64,000 nt of DNA. Source: Malacoraja senta (Eukaryota). The notes under the pieces are model-generated. The model saw only the letters and a list, made by a program, of their open reading frames with translations. It was not told where the DNA came from and made no database searches. A program made the translations under genes and the position numbers. How positions within the stretch are numbered: position 1 is the stretch's first letter; each line of letters starts with the position of its first letter. The stretch spans positions 10,418,001 through 10,482,000 of the forward strand of contig CM075988.1 in NCBI GenBank assembly GCA_038087875.1, written 5' to 3'. Positions 50,657-64,000 of this stretch are shown here, piece by piece.

Positions 50657-53574
50657 GCCTATTTCCTTCACTCTATAGATGCTGCATCACCTGCTGAGTG
50701 TCTCCAGAATTTTTGTCTACCTTCGATTTTCCAGCATTTGCAGTTCCTTCATAAACACTTGGACTATCCTTGCTGGCTTTACCTTGCACCAAACGTTATT
50801 CCCTTATCATGTATCTATACAACGTAAATGGCTGATTGTAATAATGTATTGTCTTTCTGCTGATTGGATAGCACGCAACAAAAGCTTTTCACTGTACCAC
50901 GGTAAACGTGACAATAAACTAAACTAAACAGTTAACTCTTGAATAACCTTCAAATAGCACGGATGATGCCTGACCTGCTGGGTATTGAGAGCATTCATTT
51001 TTATTTCAGCTTTCTAAGAACTGCGGTGTTCTGTAGCTCATCATTCCAGCACTGTAATTTTCTGTCAGCAGGAGAGACCTCAGCTTGTGGCTACCTGCCA
51101 CATTAATTCACCATTTCACTCTGACATTAACCTTTCTGCCTGTAGCATTCTGCACCGTAATGATGCAAGCTTGAAGAACAACATCTCATATTCCTGAGGG
51201 ATACATTGCAACCTTCTGATCTCAAAGCCAAATTCTCAAACTTTGGATAATTTGCTGTTTCTTTCTGTCTCTGGTAGAATGGGCCATTTCTGCCTCATCA
51301 TTTTGGCTCAGTTTTCCAATTGATTCACTCTGGTTTTCTGGGCATATCCCATAGCCTAGTTATTAGCACACACATTAGGTATTAAACACACCCTGTATAA
51401 AAATAATAGCCCACCCCTATCAAAAATAATAGCCTACCCCTAATTGTCTGCCTCTGAAAATTAACTCTTTCCTTGACCCAATCCCTGACCTAAAACATTG
51501 ACTGTTTCTCCTTCCATAAATGCTATTAACTTGCGACGTTTCCACCATTTTCTGCCTTTATTTCAAGTTTCCAGCACCTGTAGTCACAAACAGAATATCA
51601 AACAGAACAAGTTGTCTAACAACTTTAGGCTGTGCACGCCATACGCAAGAAGAAGAAGCACCTGTAGTATTTTGATTTTCGTTGCATATTCACTTCTTTA
51701 CTTATTCATCTTTTATTTATATATTTTTCCAGATATTTCTTCTGCAATTAACAAGGTTTCACTAACTTCTCCCAATTAGTCCCACCACAATTTGCATTAT
51801 AGTCTCTTTCGGTCTCTGCTTTTTCTCTTTCTTCACCTCCTCTCTTTGCTTGGAGTTGAGTTCAGTGACTGCTACTTAGGAGGATAGATTGCACGATGAT
51901 TTGAGATCTGATCTGAGGAGTGCAAGGGTGTTTTTTCATGAAGAAAAATTGAGAGCTTTGTAAGATTCAGGTATTAGTTTTTTCATTGCATATTAATCCA
52001 ATTTGAAAACCTTCCCAGTGGCTTGTTATTTTAGCTCTTTCAATAATCTTTCAGATGTTTGCTTATTTAAAAAAAAAACATGAAATCATTCTCCAAGATG
52101 TTTTTGAAAAATTTCTCCAAAGACATGTTAATTTGTAATTCTTTGATGTTTCGAAAAGTTTGTAGAAATGTCCAAAGGCTTTTAAGATGGATTTCACAGG
52201 CTTGTGAAAGCATCTTAAAATGTTAAAAGATTTTAAAAAGATTTAACAAAGTCTAAACATCACTGACCTCTCTCAGGTTTTCTGGCTGCGTCTAAGGTCA
52301 GAAGAGGCTGTCCTTGCTTAGTTCTTTTAAAGAGCTATAAAATAACAGTACAGAAAGAGAAGCGCGACAGAAGCATCATTGAAGTCTGATGAAGATTCTC
52401 GACCCGAAACGTCACCTATTCCTTTTCCCCAGAGATGATGCTTGACCTACTGAGTTACTCCAGCATTTTGTGTCTATCTTAGAAGTATCAAATTTCTTTG
52501 TCTCTATTTTTGCGGATTGCTGGTTTAGGGTAAAGTTGCAGTTTCTATTGAGGTCACATATTGCTGACTGCAAAATCCGGTGTGTAATCACAATTGTATA
52601 TCTTTTTCAAGACTTCTTGGGTTTTCCAGATACTCATATCTCAATCTTTTCAATCTCTGATGTGAAACCAATGGATCTGAGTCTATCAGGTCACTTTTTC
52701 ACAGATGATGGCTCCATTAGCCTCCCTGCAGTCAAGGGGAACTGACTTGGAATGCTGACTTGGAATATTGGAAAGGGATTCACATAGTTCCTCCGAAACC
52801 TCTGATCACTTTATCTCCATGCAGTTGTGCAAACTAATACAAGTATCCATCTTTCCCCATCGACATTCCTACTGATATCCAGATAATTCTGAAGGGTCTC
52901 GACCCGAAACGTCACCTATTCCTCTCCAGAGATGCTGTCTGTCCCGCTGAGTTATTCCAGCATTTTGTGTCTATCTTTCGTGTAAATCAGCATCTGCGGT
53001 TTCTTTCCAAGCAAAACACAAAGTGCTGGAGTAGCTCAGCAGGTCAGGCAGCATCAGTGAAACGATTGGACAGGTGACCGGGTTAGAACCATTCTTCAGA
53101 CTGATGGAGTAGTTGGGAGAAACCTGGAAAAAGGAAGGTGGGGGAGAGGCAAAGCCCGGCACAAAGACTGAACACGAATCTCTCCAAAATGTAGCCTTGA
53201 TATGTTTTAGGCATACTTATAATACAGTTCAATGAAATCAAACAATTGTATTGGCCAATTTCCCCATAAAACAGGCTCCTTCCTCCATATTTCTTTGTAA
53301 CCTGTCTTTCTCAACACTCCTCAAGGGTTCAAGAGAGTCTTGTTCTTCCAAATTATTTTCATAATTTCATAATTCCGTTGAGCTACTCCAGCATTTTGCG
53401 TCACCCATTCTCCAGAGATGCTGCCTATTCCGCTGAGTTACTCCAGCATTATGTGTCTATCTTTGGTTTAAACCAGCATCTGCAGTTCCTTGCATGATGT
53501 TGGTTGACCATGCCCTGAGAATGACCTCCAGTTTGAAATGTTTGGGTAGGATAGATTTACAGTGACAATTGAAT

Positions 53575-54000
53575 CGTGGATTGTCACCTCGTCGTGGTGG
53601 AGAAGCTTTTGTGGACCTGAGATCCTGAGAGTGATGCCGTCTGGAGCTATGCTCCTGGTAGGGCCACCCATGGCGGTAAGGTCGAGGGGGAGGTCTCTGA
53701 CAAAGAGCAATCCAATCAAGACCTCAATGGTGGAACAGGCGGAGGACAATGGCTGACCTTAGTGGAGCATCACAATGGCTGGGAAGGCGGATGAAGGCTG
53801 CAGCAGAAAAAGGTCTCCAGTCGTCTTGGACTCCATGCCACTGGATCCTGACCCATATCTGTCAAGGACCATGGGATGGCTGTTTGTGCACCAGTCTCCC
53901 TACATTAAACAAAGTCATGCACAGGCGACCTCCATATACGGAATAGCACCCTGCAGACACCCATGCTCAGCCATGACAGATGGGGTCCTAAGAAAGAAGA
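53575..54000 (+). mobile_element. Non-autonomous RTE-derived retroposon (5' UTR fused to 3' end)
   Basis: RTE-like 5' sequence (CTCCTGGTAGGGCCACCCATGGCGGTAAGGTC) and a TAAGAAAGAAGA tail, with no RT coding sequence. Confidence 0.55.
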
Positions 54001-54055
54001 ATCATATGGGATTGAAGGGAAAATGGCAGCACAGGCAAAAAAGTATCTAAGATAA

Positions 54056-54356
54056 TTGGCATAGCAGTAGAGTTGCAGCCTTACAGCCTTACTGCACAGA
54101 GACCTCGGTTCGATCCTAACTATGGGTGCTGTCTGTACGCAGTTTGTACGTTCTCCCCGTGACCACAAGGGTTTTCACCGAGATCTTCGGTTTCGACCCC
54201 ATACTTCAAAAGATGTACAGGATTATAGGTTAATTGGCTTGCTGTAAATTGTAAATTGTCCTAAGTGTGTGCAGGATAGTGCTTGTGTGTGGGGATCACT
54301 TGTCGGTGTGGACTCGGTGGGCTGAAGGGCCTGTTTCTGTGATGTATCTCTAAAAT
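54056..54356 (+). mobile_element. tRNA-derived SINE
   Basis: Family match. Confidence 0.85.
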
Positions 54357-57300
54357 AGAGATGGACAGCAGTGATGTTTAGCACAATATTGTTTTGACTA
54401 AAGGTTGGCAAACAGTGATGTACCCCAGGTGTGATCATTGTTAGAGAAAGTCACAGGAAAGAAACAGGCCCTTTGACCCACCAAATCTGCTCCCACCCAT
54501 CAACAATCCATGTAGACTAATCCTATTTTGATCCCATTTTTACCTAAATTCCTATGAATACTGCTTCTCTTTTTCTAGACTTTCAACAAGCTATATTAAT
54601 ATATCTCTATTCATTTTTAAAGTTGCCCAGAATTTCTTGAACATTTAATACGCCACCCGCAACTTTCTAAACTCCAGCAATGAATCACTAATTTGTATAA
54701 TCTAACTCTGAAATTTAATACATTGCCATTTTTGGTAAAACTGCTCAGAATATCTCCAAGCCCAATATATTCTTCCTAAGATTCATTCCCCAGGGGCACT
54801 CACAGTATCTGAGTGGCAGTGAGCCAGGGCTTGGTATTGTTGCAGTATCACATCTGCATCCTTCAACTCATGTCCTCTCGGAGTAAAGATCACTCCATTA
54901 AAGATTGTGATTATTTTCTGCATCTGTCTGTCCATGATGTTTTACTCAGCACGTTTTGCTTATTTATTTGTCTATCAAGGCCTGACCATTGCTCGCAAGT
55001 CCAGCATTTTTTGACTGTCCTTGCAAAGCTGCAGATGTTATTACAAGATCACTCCTGCAATCCTATTTAGGAGGGGTTCCATGACTTAGACCCTGCAATA
55101 ATGAAGGAACAGCAATATATTTCAGGATGCTGTGCAACTTGGTGGGGAGCCTGCTCTACATGTCTTTCTTGGCAGTGGTGGCCGTGGATTTGTGGAGGTG
55201 CTGACAAATGGAGAAACTCTTATGTTTTTTTGGTTCCCCACTGTTTCCTGTTCAGCCACATTTAGAAAGTGCCTGTTGTACTGTTTCATGTCCCGAAAAT
55301 GACCTCAGCATTACCTGCACTGCAATAACTTATCGCCATACTGGTTGTATGTATTTAATCTCAGTAAGGAATAAAGCAGAAACAAAGAGCTGCAGAAGCT
55401 GGTTTATACCAAAGATAGCCACAAAGTGCTGGAGTAAGTCAGCGAGTCAGGCAGCATCTCTGGAATAAAAGGATGGATGATGTTTCGGGTTAGGACTCTT
55501 CTTCAATCTGAAGAAGGGTCTCGAGCCGAAATGTCAGCCATCCTTTTTCTTCAGAGATGCTGCCTGACCCGCTGAGTTACTCCAGCAGTTTGTGTCTACC
55601 TAAGGATTAAAGCAGCAATGATTTCAATTTGCAAGATTTTGCTACTGGGAAAGTATATGTAGGACAGTATGAGTCAACATTTGTAACTGATAGGTGTTTG
55701 GACTGTTTAAGACAGTAAATGCGTTGAAGCCTAGAAAACATCTTTGGACTACTTTGTAAAATGCTGTTGGCAGGGATGGTGTATAATGAAAATATGGTAT
55801 GGAAAGATTAATCTTCTGGGGTGATTGCAACTGAAACTCCAATAGTTTAGTTGCTGAGCTTTGAGTTAGAGGGGTTGGCAGCTGCCAAAAAAAAAAAAAA
55901 AAATTCAAAAGGAGAACTGAGGGAATGATGTGAACCTTGAGATCGAGAAGAACAGAAAAAAACAGAGGCAGAAGGCATAAGACTGATGAAGTGTGTCACT
56001 GCTATGAATCCCACAGATAAAGAGTCTTGCCACTGATGTGTCTCTACAACTTATGCTTTAAGAATTACCCTTTTAAAGGAATGTGAATAATGGGCCCAGT
56101 AATTTAGCGTCAGAAACTTGAGGAACCACCATTTTATTCACTTAAAATTAATTTACAATTTTACAAGAAAGATTATTGAAATTGAACAGAAATCGCTATG
56201 TTTGATTCTCTCAATCATTTTGTTTGAAATTTTAAAAAAAAATGCTCTGAATGTTTATTTTAAATCATTTTTACTCAATGTTCCAAGGCACAGCAGTAAA
56301 ATAAAGGTTCAAAACAAACGGAAGCCAAAGATGAAATAAAGGACCAACAATAGTAGATTCACCAGGATGTAGTCTGGAATGGAAGGTTTTAGAAATGAGG
56401 AGGCATTGGATAGACTGGAATTGTTCTCATTGGAGTGTAAGAAGCTGAGCGAGGAACAAAGAGGTGAACTGAGATGTCACCAAATTATGATGGACATAAA
56501 GGGGATAGATAGTTCATTTTTTTTTAGGTTAAAGTGTCTGAAACTAAAGGGCAGAAGTTTTAGGTGGATAGACATCGCAGACAACATGGACGAGTTGCTC
56601 CGAAGAACCAGTGCACAACTCTAGACTCTATGCATTTACTGCTTTAGAAATATGTGCAACATTCAAGTAAACAAGACTTACGCAGGATGTAATATCAAAT
56701 TCTGGGTAACAAAACCTAAATTATTTGCATATGGTGTATTCAATGGATTCTTACACATCTCTTGAAGTCATGTTTCGAAAACTTGTAACAATGCTTTAGA
56801 AAGGTGGCCAATGTGACAGTCAAGAATCAAGTCAAGAGTGTTGATTGTCATAAGCCCCGAATTGGAATAATGAAATTCTTACTTGCAGCAGCACACGAGA
56901 TATGTAAACATAGTATTCTGTTACCTTTTTGGTTTATATCTATATTACTAAAAGTAAGATCTTGACCACCTTTGACTCACTGCGATGTGATTTCCGAGAG
57001 AGTGCCGCCACTTACGGCCGTCATTTTTGGCCACCTCGCTCAGAGCCACCCTCCGCCGGACTGGACCAGAGAATTTTTTCCATCGATGAAAAATCAGAGA
57101 GATATTAATGTTTAAAACATTTTTGCCATTCTCTCTGCTGCCCCCGCTGGCGGCAGGGGGAAGGGTCTATAAAACCCAGAAGTGTCATGGTTCACTCAGT
57201 CTCTGCCAGACGGAGAAAGCGAGAGGGTCACAGCTCTCTGAGTCTCCGGGATGTGGTTTTCAGCAAGTGTGTTTGTTGTTTGCAAAGTGTTTGCCCAATT

Positions 57301-57489
57301 AGGTTGGCTTTTTAAAGGGCTTTCAGCAAATGTGTTTTGTTGGCTTGCAAAGTGTTTTTGTCCAATTGGCTTGGCTTTTAAAGGGCTTGCTTGCAAAAGT
57401 TTTCGGATGGATAAAGCGTGAATAAACATTTTATTAGATCAGGACTGTGTTTAATTTCAAAATTGGCGCTCATTCTGTGATTTTCGCTT

Positions 57490-57656
57490 AGTTGCAAGAT
57501 GGTGCCGATGACGTCATTTCCGGTTAGCGGCATGCTGGTGCTGAGTGCGTCATTTCCGGTTCGAGGCAAGAAGCGAGAGGGTGATGTCAAGATGGTGGCG
57601 AGTGCAGGCGCCGTTGAATAATTCAAGAGAGCTGACTGCTCTGTCTATGGTGAGTG
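57490..57656 (+). promoter_or_regulatory. Housekeeping-promoter-like cassette with a splice donor inside Helitron C
   Basis: TGACGTCATTTCCGG (57509-57523), TGCGTCATTTCCGG (57546-57559), two CAAGATGGTG YY1-like motifs (57495, 57588), and ATG|GTGAGT at 57650. CpG-rich. Confidence 0.5.
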
Positions 57657-57782
57657 TGTTTGTTGGATGTTATTTAAAGCATGTTTTTGCTTCAGCAGCA
57701 GCAGCCTCTACAGGAGGCTTTAAACATTTGTTTTACACACTGTATATTCAACACGTTCTGAACTTGGCATTTTAGTATTGGG

Positions 57783-57801
57783 TGAGTGTGTGTGAGTGAA
57801 T

Positions 57802-57848
<47 letters not shown>

Positions 57849-58001
57849 AGTGTGTGTGTGTGTGTGAACGAGTCTGTGTGTGTGTGTCTGTGTGTGTGTG
57901 TGTGTGAATGAGTCTGTGTGTGTTTGTGAATGAGTCTGTGTGTGTTTGTGAATGAGTCTGTGTGTGTGTGTCTGTGTGTGAATGAGTCTGTGTGTGTGTG
58001 T

Positions 58002-58042
<41 letters not shown>

Positions 58043-58110
58043 TCTGTGTGTGTGTGTGTGTGAGAGAGAGTCTGTGTGTGAGTGTCTGTGTGAGGTGGAG
58101 GGTGTGTGTG
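57783..58110. repeat. (GT)n-derived compound microsatellite
   Basis: GT runs interrupted by GAATGAGTCT. Confidence 0.97.
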
Positions 58111-58289
58111 ATCAACAAATAATAAATAGTATGAACTAGCGCAACAGAAAGCCCCCCCCCCCCTTACTGGCCAGCAATATTGGAATTGGTGGAGAGGTGA
58201 AATATTGCGTTGGGTGACCAGCCCTCCCGTGTGATGCTGGGACCCAACGGGTCCCACTTAGTCTAGTATATATATATATATTTCTCAGT

Positions 58290-58850
58290 CCGGTGGTGCA
58301 CACTTCCAGGCTTCTGTTTTCTCCCTGATGGGAGCCAGGAGAAGAAGGAATGACTGGGGTGGGACAAGTCTTTGATTATTTTGACTGCTTTTCTGGGAGA
58401 ATCTAAAGTTTAGATGGAGTCAATGCTGAGAAGACTGGTCTGTGCGATGGATCGGGTTACATTTACATTTCTTGCAGTCTTGGGCAGATCTTTTCCCAAA
58501 CCTCTCAGTATGCTTTTTGTGGTGCATCTATCAAAGTTTGTAAGAGTCACTGGAGACATGTCAAATTTCCTCTGCCTCATCAGGATGTGAAAATGTTGGT
58601 GTGCCTTCTTGGGTGTCGCATCAATGTGGTTGGTCTATGACAAATCATTGGTGATATTAATGCCAAGGATCTCAAAGCTCTCAACCATGTCCACTACTTC
58701 ACTATTGATGCTGATAGGGGCATGTACTCCACCATGTTTCCTGAAGTCAATAACTAGCTCCTTCATATTGATGACATTCAGGGAGAGGTTATTGACCTGA
58801 CACCGTGTTACTAAGTTTTCTATCTCCTTCCTGTACTCCGTCTCATTATT
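58290..58850 (-). mobile_element. Rex1/Babar-like LINE RT fragment
   Basis: ETEYRKEIENLV..CQVNNLSLNV..KELVIDFRK...VESFEILG. Confidence 0.8.
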
Positions 58851-59154
58851 GTTCATGCCTCCACAGATGCTGCCTGACCCACTGAGCTTATCCAGCACGT
58901 TGTGTTTTGCTCAAGATTCCACCATCTGCAGATCCTTCTGTCACTCTAGCTTCTTGGGCTATTCTGGATGGTATGTCCATTGGTTGGCTTACAGGGACGG
59001 TACAATGAGTAGGCAGATCATTTCCCACAGGACACTAAGCTGCTAACCTGCTCTTGCGACCACATATTTATGTTTTCAGGTGACCTTGAGGGTATTAAAT
59101 GCTGGCGCTTGGTGACTGAGTACAAATCTGCCCAATTGTGTTTTGTTACAATTT

Positions 59155-59455
59155 TGGCAGCACGGTGGCACCTTACAGAGCTTACAGCGCTCGAGACCAG
59201 GGTTCGATCCTGGCTACGGGTGCTTGTCTGTACGGAGTTTGTACGTTTTCCCTGTGACCTGCGTGGGTTTTCTCAAAGAACTTTGGTTTCCTCCCGCACT
59301 CCAAAGACGTACAGGTTTGGAGATTAATTTGCTTGATATATAAAAAAAGTTTAAATTGTCCCTAGTGTAGAATAGTGTGCGGATCACTGGTCGGCGCGGA
59401 CTCGGTGGGCCGAAGGGCCTCTGTCCGCACTGCATCCCTAAACTAAACTAACCTA
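59155..59455 (+). mobile_element. tRNA-derived SINE
   Basis: Family match with a TAAAC tail. Confidence 0.85.
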
Positions 59456-60809
59456 AATTTGGCACATCTCCATAGTTATTAAGCCATTTCACAAGGAAGT
59501 GGAATATTAACCACATTGGTGGAGGTCTGAAGTTATCGATAAAGATGCCAAATTTCCTTACCTAACGATACATAAATCAGATGGGTTTTGCAACTGTCTA
59601 ATAGTTAAATGTCATCATTACTGATACTTAGCTTTTATTTTAGATTATTTAATTAACTGATTTTGAATTTGCAGCTGTCAGAATGAGGTTTGAACTCAAC
59701 ACTTTGCATCATTAGTTTAGGTCCCTGGATTAATAGTCCAGCAATTTAGTCACCATTAAACCATGTGGAATACACAATGCACCATTAACAACATATTACA
59801 AATATTCAATCACACTTTGGGAATTCTGAATGACATGAGTCATGAGCATTATTAATATGCAAACTATTTTTATTAAGTACTTCCCAAATTACATGATGTC
59901 ATTTCAAATATCTCACAGTATTTCCAAGAGGTAAAGACAAGGACATCAGAAGGAGAAATTCTTGAAGCATTTGTGGCTAATTAGGAAATATCTGATTAAT
60001 TATTGCACATAAATTTAACATTGCATAATTACGGCCCTACAACTTCACAAACAAGAGCCAATGTGTCTCTATTCCCTGCTGTTACTCAAAAAGAGAATGT
60101 CAGCATTACACGGCGTAATGTGTGGTCTGGGAGTGAATGGGTACCATCAGGAGTCATCCTTGAGAAAACACATCACGTCCACAAGACCTACACTAATTCC
60201 CCCACACACAGCCTGACAAGAACTACCTCATTACCAGTCCAGACTCGCGACCAAATATCCTTAGAAATTAGACAGTAATTTGCACATATGAAATCAATGC
60301 AACAATTTACCAGCCTATTAGTACTCAGGTGTGAAAATAATATTCAGCAGATTTTTTTATTTTTTTTTGCCATTTCATCTTCAAAGGCGTCAATATACAA
60401 CAGTTAATTCAATACCAAGTCACCAATTTAAAGTTTTGTTTCAAAGTTTTCCCAAAGTATTCAAGTTTAATCTCAACTTCATTTAAACTGTGAGCAGACT
60501 ATTACTTTAACAGTAAAAGCAAAGAACTACAGATGCTGGTTTACAAAAAAAGGACAAAAAGAGCTGAGGAAAGGGGTTTGAAGAAGGGTCCTGAGCTGAA
60601 ATGTCATCTATCCATGTTCTTTATTGATGAAGCCTGACCTGCTGTGAGTCACTTTCAGCACTTTGTGTCCTTTTTATTACTTTAACAGGCTGCCCCCCCC
60701 CCCCCCCCCATTGACTCCATCTACACTTCAAAGTAGCAAACATCATCAGTCTTGTCCCAACCTGGTCATTCATTCTTCTCCTCACTTCCATCAGGCAGAA
60801 GCTTGAAAG

Positions 60810-61120
60810 CACGGTGGCGCAGCGGTAGAGTTGCTGCCTTACAGTGCTTACAGCGCCAGAGATCTGGGTTCAATCCTGGCTACAGGTGCTGTCTGAATGG
60901 AGTTTGTTCGTTATCCCTGTGACCACATGGGATTTCTCTGAGATCTTCAGTTTCCTCCCACACTCCAATGACGTACAGGTTTGTAGGTTAATTGGCTTGG
61001 TATAAATGTAAAAAATTTCCCTAGAGCAGGATCGTGTGTTAATGTGTGGGGATCGCTGTTCAGTGTGGACTCAGTGGGCCGAAGGGCCTGTTTCTGCACT
61101 GTATCTCTAACCTAAACTAA
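60810..61120 (+). mobile_element. tRNA-derived SINE, full length, inserted in a Rex-like remnant
   Basis: GGTGGCGCAGCGGTAG A box, GGGTTCAATCC B box, tail. Confidence 0.9.
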
Positions 61121-62011
61121 ATACAGCACCAGACTTTGGAACAGGTTCTTCCCCATTTGCTAGGTTCCTTTCCATTTCATCTCTGCCCAATTGTGGACAT
61201 TGGATTTGTCTCTGCAACTGGTGCTCTACAATACTGGAACTATATTCTGCACCTACCAACTGAACGAGATTGACTTCATTATATTGATGTATAGGATTAC
61301 CTGATTTGACTAGATCCAGATGGCGCCAGAGTGTGATGACTCTTTGCATGCTCTTCCCAGAAAAGAATCTGCTATCATCCATTACAATCGTTCCGCTTTT
61401 TTTAATCTGTATTTATCTGTGCACTGTGGATGGCTTGATTGTATTCATGTATAGACATTTCAATGACAGGATAGCATGCAAACAAAATATTTTCACTGTG
61501 CTTCAGTACACGTAACAATATTAATAAATTAAACTCACTAAACAAAGCTGTTCACTGTACCTCGGTACATGTGACAATAATAAACCTAAACCTTTAACTG
61601 CAAAAGGTAAACATGGTTTTAATGAAAGGAGACATTCACAATCAATTTTCTACAGTTATGTTGATGTCATATTGTTGTATGAGAGAAGCATTATATTCGA
61701 GAGAAGCATTAATCTTTTAATAATTTTCACAATGAATTCCATAACAAGTTTGCATTCACTTTAATTGCACTTATAATTGTCAAAGCCTATGTAGAATAAA
61801 CAATATAAAAAACAAAAGACTTCAGATTGTTTTGCATTGAATGGATTCAAAGGAGATACATTCATGACTTTATTTGTATAGGATAATATGTACTTGCGTT
61901 AGAAAAGCAAAGGGGGATCGACACCATTGCAGGCAATCTGTTGGCTCTGCTGACTTTAGTCTTCTAATACTGTACACATTGTAAATTGTGCAGATCACCA
62001 TCAGTATTGGA

Positions 62012-62320
62012 CGGCACCATGGCGCAGCGATGGAGTTGCTGCCTTACAGCGCCGGAGACCCGGGTTCGATCCCAACTACTGGTGCTGTCTGTATGGAGTT
62101 TGTACGATCACCCCGTGACCTGCGTGGGTTTTCTCCAAGATCTTCGGTTTCCTTCCACACTACAAAGACGTACAAGTTTGTAGGTTAATTGGCTTGGTAT
62201 AAATGTACAATTGTCCCTAGTGTGTGTAGGTAAGAGAGTGTTAATTTGTGGGGAGCGCTGGTCGGTGTGGATTCGGTGGGCCGCAGGGCCTGTTTCCGCG
62301 CTGTATCTCTGAACTAAACT
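62012..62320 (+). mobile_element. tRNA-derived SINE, full length
   Basis: A/B boxes, central domain, GGGCCTGTTTCCGCGCTGTATCTCT tail. Confidence 0.9.
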
Positions 62321-63622
62321 ATTTTATTGAAGGATTTGCCGAGGCCACTGCATATATCTCTAGACTGAAGCGTGAACTACAAAGTTGGGCCTCAGATTTA
62401 ACAAGGCCATTACTGTGGTGACATTACTGCTGGTGACACGGAATTTAGAAAGTAATTGGAGCAAAATCCCCAGTGATTATCTCCAGTGATATAATCCAAA
62501 TTTCACTCTGCAATACAATGGAACTTTACAAATTCACCCTATACCATGGTTCCTACATCGACATTAATCATCGAATGCTATTTTTTAGCTGTGTAGGCTT
62601 GTATTTCTCTGCTTTCTCCATTCCCATTTACAAACAGCAAATTATTCATGGGAACAGTAAAAGCAGAGACTTAATCATTTCAACAAAATCCCCAAGTCTA
62701 TTATTCTATTGACCATTGCAGCTGGAGCAAATACGATTGTATACTGCTGTAAAATGAATCAGAGTGAATAGGCAGCTTGAATAGGCAGTTTATTTATGAT
62801 ACATGAATTACACATGCATTTATCTGGGTTAGCCGTAATAGACAAAGGCAGGGAATCGAAGAAGTTTTTAAGATGTTCTACTTGACTGAGGAATCATCCT
62901 TTCTGTGAAGTCTTGAAATCTGTATGCAGAGAATGAGACCCAGTTCAGTAGGCAAAAGGGGTCAGACACTCAACTGAGACAGCATGATAATTTCCATAAA
63001 TACCAAGGTTTATTTTTATTTTACTAATATACCCTTCATTTACAAGGAGAAATGAAAGACACCCTTGAAATGACTCAAAGTGACATGATAGTGGGAGAAA
63101 TATTATTGGGCCAGATCTTGCTGGAGGGAACGTTCTCACATTGTAATTTGTTAGTTTGATCTTTTACTTCAAGACTTAAAATGCTTCTGCCGTGACTTGC
63201 AGTAAATTTGAGCCGATAAAGACACTGTGAGTTATCCAGGTTCTCAGTGAATGGTGTGACTAACAATGAAATTAACAATGAGAAGTATGAGTTAGAATAA
63301 AACTAAGGAGGAATTAGAGACACAAGGAACTACTGATGGTGGAATTTTGAGCAAGACACAAAGTGCTGGAGTAAATAATTGGGTCCGGCAGCACCTGTAG
63401 AGGGAATGGACAGGTGATATTTTGGGTCCAAACATCATCAGTCCATTCGCTCCACAGATGCTCCATGACCTACTGAGTTACTCCAGTAGTTTGTATTAAG
63501 GTCAAATCAAGAGCAGGAAGATGCATTAGAGTCAAATCAAGAGCAGGAAGAGTCCAAAAGAAGGAAGGAATAAAAAGATCAGAAGACGGTGATTTTCTTT
63601 AAATATCATATACAATATATAT

Positions 63623-63940
63623 AGGGCAGTAAAGTGGCACAGCGGTAGAGCTTCAGCCATACAGCACCAGAGACCAGGGTTCGATCCTGACTATGGGTGC
63701 TTGTCTGTTCGCCGTTTGTATGTTCTCCCCGTGACCTGTGTAGTTTTCTCCGAGGTCTTCGGTTTCTTCCCACACTGCTAAGACGTACAGGTTTGGAGGT
63801 TAATCGGCTTGGTATAAATGCACAATTGTCCATAGTGTGTGTAGAGTAGTGTTAATGTGCGGGAATTGCAGGTCGGTGTAGATTCGGTGGGCCAAAGGGC
63901 CTGTTTCTGCACTGTATCTGTAAACTAAACTAAACTAAAC
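63623..63940 (+). mobile_element. tRNA-derived SINE, full length
   Basis: Family match with a (TAAAC)n tail. Confidence 0.9.
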
Positions 63941-64000
63941 ATCTTCAAGAGCCATTCTGGAACTGACAGAATGAATCACAGTTTTTCCTGATCTGGCCTA

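Larger units (their letters stand above)
56939..58266 (+). mobile_element. Non-autonomous Helitron C
   Basis: Starts A|TCTATATTACTAAAA, has a GGGACCC-AAC-GGGTCCC hairpin (58239-58255) and ends CTAG|T. The first ~250 bp and last ~110 bp are homologous to Helitron B. Confidence 0.88.

Noticed and set aside
57720..58257. His/Thr-rich ORFs
   Set aside because: Translation of the (CA)n microsatellite.
62012..62085. tRNA genes
   Set aside because: These are SINE heads with A/B boxes that continue into SINE body and tail, with no full cloverleaf.

Overview
Repeat-dominated eukaryotic DNA. The SINE, CR1 and Penelope repertoire suggests a cartilaginous fish, probably a skate or ray (inference). It reads as intronic sequence with one convincing candidate host exon (31012-31091, +) and no complete cellular gene. 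The 5.7-21.5 kb interval is a nest of elements: a CR1 3' fragment abuts a decayed DIRS element, followed by a minus-strand L1 flanked by an ~808-bp direct duplication and interrupted by a full-length DIRS (13098-18171; RT/RNaseH, methyltransferase-like domain, intact tyrosine recombinase ORF, ITR/ICR). Also present are three non-autonomous Helitrons (one with a promoter-like cassette), two solo LTRs, a Harbinger MITE, many tRNA-derived SINEs, and many fold-back Penelope-derived repeats with hammerhead-ribozyme motifs. The leading leads are a conserved 'anti-ICR' fold-back in both DIRS 3' ends, the giant L1 target-site duplication, the bidirectional hammerhead palindromes, the Helitron promoter cassette, and possible spliced expression of the DIRS recombinase. 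All calls were made by eye without database searches.
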